Positions 42,301 through 54,300 of a stretch of DNA of 64,000 nt are shown here, in pieces (positions within the stretch are counted from its first letter, which is position 1; the number at the start of each line of letters is the position of its first letter). The notes below the pieces were generated by a model, which saw only the letters and a list, made by a program, of their open reading frames with translations, did not search any database and was not told the DNA's origin. The DNA comes from Balanoglossus misakiensis (lineage: Eukaryota; Animalia; Hemichordata). Made by a program: the position numbers and the translations under genes. The stretch lies in contig CM082592.2 in assembly GCA_040954595.2 (NCBI GenBank), positions 2,793,462 through 2,857,461 on the forward strand, read 5' to 3'.

Positions 42301-45300
42301 AGCTGCACAACCAACCCGCAAGGATGATAATTATTACAACATTAAATTTAGACATGGCTGCTAGGCTCAAATGAGAGGTGCAGGTACGAAGACACAAATA
42401 GAAACCAATGGAGCTATACAGTGAATTGACCAAATTTTATATCTTTCTTTTAAATTGACAGACAGAATCACTGATTGGAAGTTACTATCCTACCTGTACA
42501 TAGACAAATAAAAGTGAAGTCACAACTGTTGACACTGAGAAACTAAGTTGTAAATCAAATGGTAATGCGTACTTTTAATGCTATGTCCATGGGGGAACCT
42601 TTTGTTCGACTACAATGCAGGCAATTACAGACTCACTAATTTTATTTCAGTCATAACTTGCAATATCAAAGTGGATGATAACATTTTCTTTTGAACAGCT
42701 CATAAATTATTTAAAGAGACAGTGCAGTTGAAACGGAAAATTCTTCTGGCTCAGTGTCAGACATACAGCCTTGGAGCCATCCTTGAAGCTCTATCATTGT
42801 TCTGCCCAGTGTTTCATATTCGCTGCATTATTAAGTATATTTCAGATTTAAAGTCAATAGACAAACATAAGAACAGAAAACAGAAGGAAAGATTGCTGAA
42901 AGTACTGTACATTGGGGGTTTGTATCTTATAAAGAACGTGAAAATAAAAAAAGTCACATATAATGTTTTTCGGAGATAACGATGCAGTAAATGAAAAAAA
43001 GAGAATGTGAAAGTTAATTAATCCTCGCGTACTAACAGTTGCCTTTTTGATATCGCGAAAATATCCTGTCGCGAAAATAACCCATTTGACAGTACGTTTT
43101 GCAGCAAAGACAGGTAAGATTCAGTTGACAAACCTTCAAAACATCATCAACCGATTCTGTAAAATCTAAGATTTCACATGAAAAACTCTTTCTTGTTATG
43201 TTGCAGATATCCTTTTTCATTGGTTACACGAGGAAAGACAACAAAATTGTTTACTTTTATTTTAATAATCAGAGTCCAATAGGTTGTTGGACTCTGTGTC
43301 CTGATTTGCATATTTAATGTTTCTGATACAAAGAATTATTGCATGGCAGTAGGGGAAAAAATATTTCTCTTTCAATGTGGGGTACATGCCCATTTAACTG
43401 CTGAAACTTTTTAGGATAGGAAACACAAATTCTGGAAACTGCTAATGGCTAAAGCAAAATGATATCATTAAAAACAGTCACATTTCAGTGACTTAACATC
43501 GTGAGAGAAACTTCAATCACCTTACCAATGAAATTCTACTAATAAAATGTTGCCATACTTAGTTACTAACGTTTGAATGGAAATATCAAATGTAAAATCC
43601 TTAAAGATGTAAATCTTGGCTTTTAAACAGGCGCGAAATGTGTGAGTTAAAAGCTATTTTAATGGTGAACCCAACTCTTCATAAATCATTCGTGAATTTT
43701 TATGACTGTTCAAACACTGAGAAGAATATTGCAAAATGGACTTTTTGAATATTCTTATTGAAAGAGTAAAATGTAAACACTGCGTTTCTGGATCCCTAGA
43801 CACACTTCATGACTTTAGCTGAGATAAAAAAATAAGTTATTTCAATTTCAGTTGAAATCATTTGATTTTGCTGAGATTTTGAATTAAATATGTAAAATCA
43901 TAACAGAGGACACTGGTTATCCAAAAATAGATGTACTATGTAGCTGTGACTACAGTCAGGGGCAGTTGTTCATGAATTGATGAAAAGTTCACCCATCCAC
44001 CAGAAAAACAACAAACAACAGTGCATAATCTCGCACTTTCAACTTTCATTTTCTTATAAAGTTCCACAGCCATTCACATTTACTGCAGGGATTTTTACTG
44101 CCGCAGCATTCTGCCGATAAAAGTTTGGAAAATGTCAGAAGTAATTGATTAAATTCATATTTGAAATATCAGACAGGAAGAATTTGGTAATGCAAGGTGT
44201 GAAAAAAAGCAATAAAACTAAATGCACGGCACGGATATTTTACCAGCAAAGTGGAGACCCCATGATGTGAGGAACAGTGTTAGAATAAAAACCGTCCCTC
44301 GAGGGAAGTTTTCTGAACAGCATTAGATGTGACAGCGGTGAGTAAACCTCATCAGCTGAAAGCCACTACAACCATTATAGGTTGATTGCTTAATATAGAA
44401 ACTAAAATGCGTGATTGATTAGGTGTAACTTTAGCCACAGGGGGCAGTGTCGGATCTTTAATATGCAGTTAATATTTGGAGTTCCCAAAGTCAGAGAGTT
44501 AATTAAAGAAGTGCCCTTTGTGATACGGTGCAGTTGGCTAACCGCTCTGGCGGCAATACTAGAAACAGATTGAAGCAGATGGGTGTCGACCCTCAAATGC
44601 ATAATATGCTAAGTGGTGTCTTTGCATTGTGTAATCTACTTGTTTCGATGCACGTTTAAAAACACACATGAGAAGTCTCAGATTATAAACCTGTTACTAC
44701 GGTAACACTTGCCACTTGCAATTGCATACATGTATGTGCGGTGTTCACAGACAAAACCTGGGTCTGACATTTTAAGTCAGAAACCAACGTAAGAAATCGC
44801 ACCTGAACAGTTCACCAAGCTTAGATTTGGGACAGTGTTGCAAACCTGACCTGAGCCAGTTTGTGGATTAAATTCCCATGGTCAACATCCCTTGCTACCA
44901 GTGTTGCTTTCTCATACAAATACTTTGAACTAAAGAGGGTGCTGAACACAAGAATAGATCATGCACAATCTGAACCAGAAGAAATCTGTATGGGAAAATG
45001 TCATATTATGCAAATTCTTGTTGGTATAATCTATGTCACAGTACATTTTTTCTCAAACTTGTTTTGAAAATGGCTGTCTGGCGACCATATTGTGAGACTG
45101 ACCCATATCCAGTATTTCCAATTCCAATGCCACCATAAATTTTCATGAAGAGACACCGAAAATGTTGCACATTTTCCTTTGGCATACACGATGTCCACTG
45201 ACATGATGTTACTGACAGAGAGATTGAACAGAGAAGGACATGCAAGTGGTCTGCATTGTGGACTACCCAGTACCGATTGTCAGACTCTCTTTGCATACAG

Positions 45301-48300
45301 CCACAAAGGCAATATGTGTACAGTACAGCATGCAAGATGTCACATGTGGTTGACACAAAAACTGCCTTATTGTACGTTCAATCAATCCAATGGGACAATT
45401 ATAAACCACGGAACGCTATTATTTACGTATGCTAAGATTTGACAGTTGCTGTATGATCTGCGCACAAAGAAATCTTCATGACAAGTGTCACCTCTCCTAT
45501 AAAGCAACAGCTTAACATCATATACTGTAAAACACTTTATTTTCGCGAGCAATAAATTTTCGCGAAATACGCGAGAGCCAAAATAGCGTGAAAATAAAAA
45601 GTCTTGTAAATTTTTTTGAAGATAACGATGCAGTGAATGAAATAAGAGAACGCGAAAATTAATACTCGCAAAACACTAACAGTGGCCTCTCTCGATATCG
45701 CGAAAATTTCAACTCGCGAAAATAAAGTGTTTTACAGTATTCTATTTACAATTGGCAGCAATGCAGCAACCCAGAACAATGAGAAAATGTTATGGTCTGT
45801 AGAATCCAGCATGGGCATTCCAATCTACAGACTATGTCCAACTACAAAGCTGAGAAGTTAGCAAGGGGCTCCCACTTACTAGGGGTATGAAAGACATATA
45901 TGTTAAAGACGGCAAATTTTCGTGAACTTTGCGAGAGTAAAAAATAACTTCTGTACAGCACAGATCACGCATGGAGCTCATGGAGTTCTGTTATTATTGC
46001 ATTATGTTTCCTCAGATTTGACGAAAATCAAGTTTCGATTGTGGCGTTTTGATTGCAGAAATTATGCAACCTTTGTTATGCAAAGTAGGGTCATGTTGGG
46101 TCAGTTCATTGGTGGTTTAGTGAAGGTTGTGAGATCGCATCAGCAATATTTGAGAACACTGGCGATAGCGAGAGATTTTCCTAATATTCAAGGTCCCCGT
46201 GGTAGCATGGTAGAATCTGTGGTAGAAGTTTGCAGACAGGTCATCATCATCCACTACGGAAAAACTTTTTAGCATTGTATGAAGTTTATAGGAGGAAAAA
46301 TTAAACAGCAATCATAGTATAGACATTTCGAGTCACTGTCCATATCAAGTTTGAATTTCTATATTTGATAATGATATGGTAAACTGGCTGAATGACAAAA
46401 GGGGTTTTCTTTTTCACTGCAGAAGTAATTTTGTCTGAGCCAGTTGATTGATAGTAAAATACTGCTAACACATAGCAACAGCAGCTAACACTGAACTGTG
46501 TATCTCTCATTCTGTATGTAACATTTGCGGACTAATCGAGATTTATGAGTGATTTGATTTAACTGAATAATCACTGAGGAAAGAAATGGATTATCAACTT
46601 CTCATCGCGGCAATTACATTATCCGTGATTAGGAGCGAGCAAAATAATGAAGACCGAAACTACAAAGCTGCAAAGTTAGCAGAGGGCACGGTAACAGATG
46701 AACTCCGAGTACTCAATTATGCATTTTTGGCAAAAAATGTTGAGGTATGTAAATATAAATGAGGCTGGGTTTACGGCCCTTGCATCGGGTATGTCAACAC
46801 TTGGCCACTAGTTATTGTATCGGTTTGTGGTTTAATTTAGTGATTGACAGTGCTACCGCGCAGCAGTGGACAAGTGATGCGTGCACTGTATATAAATCAG
46901 TTTGAAGGCAGTGTATATATTAGACAACACCCAGTCAAGCATGAAGTTACTTAGATTCTGATATACAATCAATCAACAAATCAGTTTCCTTTGCCCACTT
47001 TGCAGTTTGAATTCAAAGCATTTAACTATTAAGTCTAGACGTCAAGCAAATGAAATGCTGAACGCAGTTAATCAAAGGGGCACTCCCATTTTGCACAATT
47101 TGTTACAACAACAGTGAAGGGTCTAATGAGTGCCATTTTCCTTTAAATTATGCACAGACTACATGTAAAATTAACAAAAACAGTCGGTTGTCCAGGCAGA
47201 GCAATCTTCACTCAAAGTCATTCGATCTTCACACACTGCATGCAAGTGAAATGTTCTCTTTGTTGGGAGGAAGTTTCCACTGGATGTGTGCATGGGCGGC
47301 TGTCAGGTGCCATAATTCTTGTTTCTCTCTCGACAACATTCAAAACGTGCCTGTTAAAGCCCCATTAGCCGTAACTTTTCGCTGTTTTTTTTTTCTCAGA
47401 ATTGTTGTTCTGTCTATCAACTGCAGTTTCTTGTTCCAATCTTTGAAGCATGATGAAATACAATGTACAAGTATTTCGCTTAAACACAACATGAACGTGT
47501 GCATTCAGCATTGATATTGACTAGAATTAATTTGTCAACAATAACAAGGGTTTAACACAAACATGTACACAGGCTGTTTGACAACCAGAACACTGGGCAT
47601 TTTCTTACGCTGCAGGTAGTTGAACAAGAATCTGTAGAGAGATTGACACACACAACAACCAGAACCCAGATAAAACACCTACAAGTTACAGCTTCTGTCC
47701 CTTTAAACAGTGCTATTGCTAAATGTCTGAGCATCAAAAGGTGAATTTAAGTGGGCCACCATTATTTAAACTTCTCTAACAAATAACATTGTAGCCATAA
47801 TCATATTCTGTGCATAGTCAGATACCAACTACAGGAATCCAAATAATGAGTTACACCATGGGTGAGTTTTGTATTGTAGGCAAAGTCATGGCTGTCATTT
47901 GGGTATTCCATTTTAATAAGGCTGGTTCAGCCCTGACTTTTGACCTCCCAATCAAATCAATTACAGCATTCTAAGAATACGCAAACAAAGTTTTTCCTGT
48001 ATTGTGCATGCCCACAGTGGCTTTCAGACAATTAACACTGGAGTGTCAAAACACTTTCATACTTCAAGCTGTCACATTTTCTAGGGACTGTACAGCTACA
48101 GCATGGCACGGATACCACAATTGACAATATATCAAATACATAATGGACCACTACATGTATGTTTGTCCACTCCTGGTAATACACTGAAACCATACTGGTA
48201 ATATTTCATCTAGTTGTCTGGTAACAGGGATGCAATTTGGCATTCAGAAAGTAATTCCAAATCTCTGCTGAAAATTACAAGACTGGTGGAGGGGGGGGGG

Positions 48301-51300
48301 GGGGGGGCAAATTATATTATTCCCTCAATACTGCGACAGACATCTTGAGGTTTTGCAGTAAGACTTCATTTATCATTATAACACACCATGCAGCGAACCC
48401 TCGATCGTGATTCGTCAATAGGACGTCACGTGACCTTAGTCATTTCGAACTGTTGCCTGGGGCATCAGTTCGATCGGTTTGGTGTGTTATAAAACACATG
48501 ATGACTGACATATTCGGGCAACAGTGTATTTTTAATGACCTCGGGACTGCCAGTCACACCAAAACAGTCTGTTTTCCCTCGGGCTATGCCCTCGGGAAGA
48601 CAAGACTGTTTTAGTTGTGACTAGCAGCACCCTCGGTCATCAAAATACACTGTTGCCCTCATTGTCAGTCATCGTGTGTATACTGTTGGTCATTCATATG
48701 TCTGTTAATCCATTTTTCCCTGAAATGACTAATCTTTTCTACAAATTCACAACTGGCTCAAGTTGCCATAAACATTGTAGTTGACACACACTGCTTGGCA
48801 GTACGACAAAACACGCAGCAATCTTCTCAAACATGATGGTCCATACAGTTTTATATGCATTCACATCAGAATACAAAGTGTTTATAGCTACATGAATTTT
48901 TATATTGCTAAATTGTCTCTATTGAACATTTGATTCAAGGTAAAAACTCTTCCTAGTTTTTGTGATCACAAAAATTGTCAATAGAAGTGACTGAACATCT
49001 TTTCATCCTTTGAAACCCTCTGCACGCAAGGCTGCTACGCATTGAATTTAATGGTACTTATGTTTGCCATGGATTTTATGAAGCAAAAGCACTTCCTCAC
49101 GTCTTTGTTGGGGGCGCTGTTGACAATATTGCCTTCATCTAAATGGTTTTATGAAGTGAGTCAATGTCCTCTGGGGACAGATATACATTTGTGTACTCAT
49201 AAAATTCTTTGCATAGTGCCTAAATGGTCAAGTAGCATATGTTAATTATGATGTCACTTTGAGAAACAAGTTTTTGTATAGACTTAGACTGAAAGATTCA
49301 GTCATGTGGTTAGTTAGACTCTATGGCAGTCACTGTGCCTGTCGATAAAAATGTAACTTTCACATACTGCGTACGACGCGCTGCCAGACAAAGCAACTGT
49401 TCGTTTCTGTACACATATATTTGATATGAATATTCATGAGTAAGGGGAGGGATGGGGTTAATTCGCATATAGAACATGGAGAAGCGCACACGAGCTCGCG
49501 ATCATGTTCAAAACGCGTATTCTATACGTGGTATGTACGCGTATAGAACATCATGTTGACGCGACGCTAATTTGATTGACAGACATATGAGGTTCGAATG
49601 TTCTCCGCTACTTACCAAAATCTGGTAAAACCACTTGAGGGCGTTTACAGAATCGGCAAGACTGTGATTAGCGTCGCATCCACGGGACGTTCTATACGTA
49701 ACGCGGACGCGCATTTTAGTATCACACAGTCTTGGAGCAAGACTAGTGGTTAGGGTAAGCGGTCACAGCAGAGCGCTCAGCGCACCTGAACACAACAGAA
49801 TTTTCCAGTCTACAATTATATGCATAGAAAAGTGATTCCACCAAACAGTTACAACTTACCTCATTATTCCACGGGGGAATCAGTGACACAGCGTGCAAGA
49901 TGCTAACAACTCGGACCACAACCACAAGCAGGAAAGACAGCGACATCAGTTTGTAGAGAAACATTACACCTTGGGATATGTTGGCTATTTGTACTGAAAT
50001 GAAAATACACATAAAAATCAGTCATTCTGAGATCCCCAACCCTCGTGCAGGCTAAAGATCATGATATTGCCCTCCTCGCTAACGTGTGTTATTATACATC
50101 TAGTGCCGAGAACAATAGATTTTGGCGTGCAATAAAAAGCCGTACGGAACAGTACGTACGGAACGCGCGTTAAATAAGTCTTGAGTTTCAAGGCGCCCCA
50201 ACTCACCGTGTACAGGTATGTGTTGTTATGCGGACGGTTTCAAGACACCCCCACTCTAACGCACGTAAACAAAAAAGAAAGATGGCTGCTCACTGAGCCA
50301 ACTGAGCGGTTTTCGATCGATTGTATCGGCATTTTTGGCGTTTTGAAAGCCAAGTAACATGCAACACAAGAACTAACGGAGATGTAAGATGTATAATAAT
50401 GTTATTACGAAAATACCGCAAATTATTGCATATGTACTACAGTATTCCAAGCGGCCCGTGCAATAATAATTCTGGTATTTTTGCGAGCTCATATGCAAAT
50501 GAGCATCCAGAAGAATAAGATCCCCCATTTCCCCTTCAATCGATCGTATCTTTCAAAGTTTAACCCTCGTTCTGTTACACAATCACTTGGAGTTCATATA
50601 AACCTCCGGAGGATATAACAAAAGTTTTATTTCAGTCGCAAAAAAGCCGATTGTTGCTTTAGTTGTGCGCGTGACAAAGTGGTATTTTTCACAACCCATA
50701 TGCAAATGAGTAAAAACAAGCCGGACTACGTTTTGTTTGTAATTGAACGCCGTCGGCAGAGCTGGAGTATGATCTCCGAAACGTGGGGAATTTTCAACAT
50801 TCGGAGACGCCATTGTCTTATCCTTCCCAAATTTTGTCAGAATAACAAAACATTATTTGGCAGTATGTTTGGGAACCTCGGAAAATCCCTCGCTATCGCC
50901 AGTTTCTCAAATATTGCCGATGCTATCTTGCGACCTGAGCTAAACCACCGATGAAATGAGCCAACATGATCGCCCAAACATGCGGATTTTTCAACATTCT
51001 GGCACGTTCTTTTATTATCCTTCCCAACTATCGTCAGAATAACAGAACATTTAGTTGTCAGTGTGTTTTGGAACCTCGAAAATTACGAAAATTTCTCGCT
51101 ATCGCCAGTGTTTCGAAATTTATCGCTGCGATCTCACGACCTCAGGTAACCCACTGATGGAATGACCCCACATGACCCTTCTTTGCATAACAAAGGTTGC
51201 GTCATTTTGGCCAATGAGCGGCCTTCTCTGGGTTGCATAGCCTTTGGCGCATCATTGTAATGAAAATCAATACGCCACGATCGAAATTTTGATTTTCGTC

Positions 51301-54300
51301 AAATCTGGGGAAACATATGCAATAATAACAGAACTTCATGACCTCTGCGCGCGATCTGTGCAATATGGATGTTATTTTCACTCGTGAGAAGGTGTATTCT
51401 TCTGCATTTTTACTCGCTATCGCTCGTAAAAATACTCGGAAGAATACACCTTCTCACTCATGAAAATAAAATCCATATTGCACAGATCGCGCGCAGAGGT
51501 CATGAAGTTCTGTCATAGTATGCACTCGGACATTAGCGCAGCGCATCGCCCTCCGCTGCGCGTCGGGCGATACTCAGCGCTAATGTCCTCGTGCATACTT
51601 TGCGGTATTTTCGTAATAACCTCATATTATTATTTAACTAGGCACTGTATTTAACTGATATTATTTTACCTACCTGCACTTGTTACGATAATGGAATAAA
51701 ATAAATGGAGAAATGACCTTCTGTCCAACTCATCACTGTCAATTGAAAGAAAAAGACGGACTAAAGTGTTAATACATGTAATGTCAAATTTCATATGAGA
51801 GTTATAAAAGAATTTATTTCATAGTGTATGAACAACTAGGGCTGGATGGGAGTCTACGACAGTAATTGCCACAAAGTGATCCAGAGTCTTCAATTTGTGC
51901 TATCGTAAACGATGACAACAGACACATTATGTTAGTTGTACCCTTCCCCTTTAAAGGTATACAGTCACCTCCAATTTACATATACGCCCAAATATGGCTA
52001 AAATGGCATATTTGTGTGTTCTAAAAACATATGGCGGCACTCTTTTTTTCGCGTGTGCCACCCATTGAAAATCTGTGATTGGCTAGATCTCAATTTGCCA
52101 TGGTAACTATAGATAATTTTCCATAGGTTGCTGTATACCTTTTATGTAATAAAAGAACTGTACAAGAGCAAATTAGTATTTGGAATTTGGGAGAAGTACA
52201 CTAGCCCACCTGTACCATACTTGTGGAGTTTGAATTGGATTTTTAGACATTTTCAGCTCCTGTTGCATTGCCCAGAGTATGGAGAACATCACTAAAGTAA
52301 TCACAGATACGTCAAGAATGTTACCTGCGAAAATAAAAGAAATATCAAAGTTGAACATTTCTGCAGGTAAATATGTCATCAGTTAATGCTTTTGAAGTTT
52401 TTGATGATCTGTCTCCATAGAGATTAAAATGAGAGGAAAAAATCCCTTCTGTTCACAAAGGCAGATTGAACAAAATTAATGACTTTAGCATTAGATACAG
52501 TATGTACATCATGTATGAATGTACAGACAGACTGATGATGATACAATGATAGAGTAAAAATAATTGTTTTGATTCATTGAATGGGAAATATTTACCTGCT
52601 TCACTTACGATTCCAAAAACCAGTATAGCAAATGCAATCAGCCATAATGTTACTATCAACCTGTATGTATAAAAAGTGATTAAAAACACATTAACATTTG
52701 CCACATGCACTCAACAATATTACTGACAATTTAATACACCATCATCATGACAATTGACCGTCCACTTTTAGACAATTGTTGTCAAATACACAAGTAAAAT
52801 TCTTTGAAAATATTTCTGAGAGACTTATTGATTAAGATTTAATACATTATTGATAATACACACCATCTTGTGACAGGATGTTCTTCAGATCTCAAAAGAA
52901 CACATATAAACACTGACACGGCATAACTGGTTCCTGCTAGGCCTAAAATTAAAAGCTGAGAAGAAACACACTGTTGAAAATCAAACTCCATTTAGTTGGT
53001 ATATGAAAGGTAAATTCAAAGTGCATACACTGTTGATTAGACAACTGTACGTGAACTCAAGACTTCTTGTTTTGTCCTGTAAAGGTTAATAACACGCATA
53101 TCATAGAAGATTGCTGCATCATTCTAACATGCATTTCATGTTAGGGTCTTATTCAAGATCAGACTTAACTACCCAAACAGAGACCTTACATGTAATATGG
53201 TTGTAGGCCTGACATGCATGGGTGTAACTGAAATGAGAAAAATTTCTACAATGAAAAATCGATGACCCAAGACTTGCTATGGATGGCTGTGTACTGTAAA
53301 ACGAAATTTCAGCAAACAATAAATTTTCAGGGGCCCCCCCCCCCAAAAAAGTGAAAATAAATAGTCACGAAAGAACAATGTGTACAATAGAATGTTTTTC
53401 AGAGATAAGAGAATGCGAAAATTAATCGCCGCGAAATAGTCGCCTGTGTTGATATTTCAAAAATGTCCTGTTGCGAAAATGTCCGTTTTAAAGTACCAGT
53501 ATACCCAACACGCTTTTGACCAGTTCGTTCCATACCAGTATATGCAGAAGCTATACACCCTTTTCATAAGTTTATCGCCCTCGTGTAGCCATCACGAATT
53601 TGAACTCAAAGCGAGGCCAATGGGGAAATTCAACTTTGATCAACTTTTCCCATTGGCTCCGCTTTGAGTTCACATTCATGATGGCTGTGTGAGGGCGCTA
53701 GACTTAGGAGAGGGTGTATAGCGAGTGTGTATGTATGTATGCTGTGAACTGGACAAAATATTACTGTTAGTGTTACCAATGGGGTTGTTTATTGCTTATT
53801 CACCTGTGAAGAGATTGCAGTAGAGGAAGTGACAGACGCATACCTACCTTTGCCAATGAGGGTTCATCTTCTATCTTGGCAATCACTTTATTGCTGCTGT
53901 ACATGGTATACCTTACCACTTGTATTGCCTCTATGGTCAGCAGTAATGGTTCTGATAGCCAGATCACCTTATCATACAACCAGACCATGATGTAAGGCGA
54001 TAGGTTGACTGGTAAGGCTAACAGCACGCATGCCAACCCTAACTGTGTCACAGGAATGGCTGAAATCTAAACAAAAGCATATTGCTTCTAATAAAAGAAT
54101 ATTTTGCAATTATGATTTTTTTCAGTCAGCAAATAAAGTCAAAATGTATCAACTGTTAAGATAATGCATTTCTATAATTGTTTTCCCCAAATCAAATGGT
54201 ATCCACAGTGTTAATCTTCAATTGTCCTGGGGAGAACACTCAACATCTTGGTGAAGCTTGGCTGACAAACTGACAAATCTAGTTTCTTTACACTATATGC

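Noticed and set aside
45922-46272. 116-aa + strand ORF
   Set aside because: It overlaps the inverted copy of a non-coding repeat.
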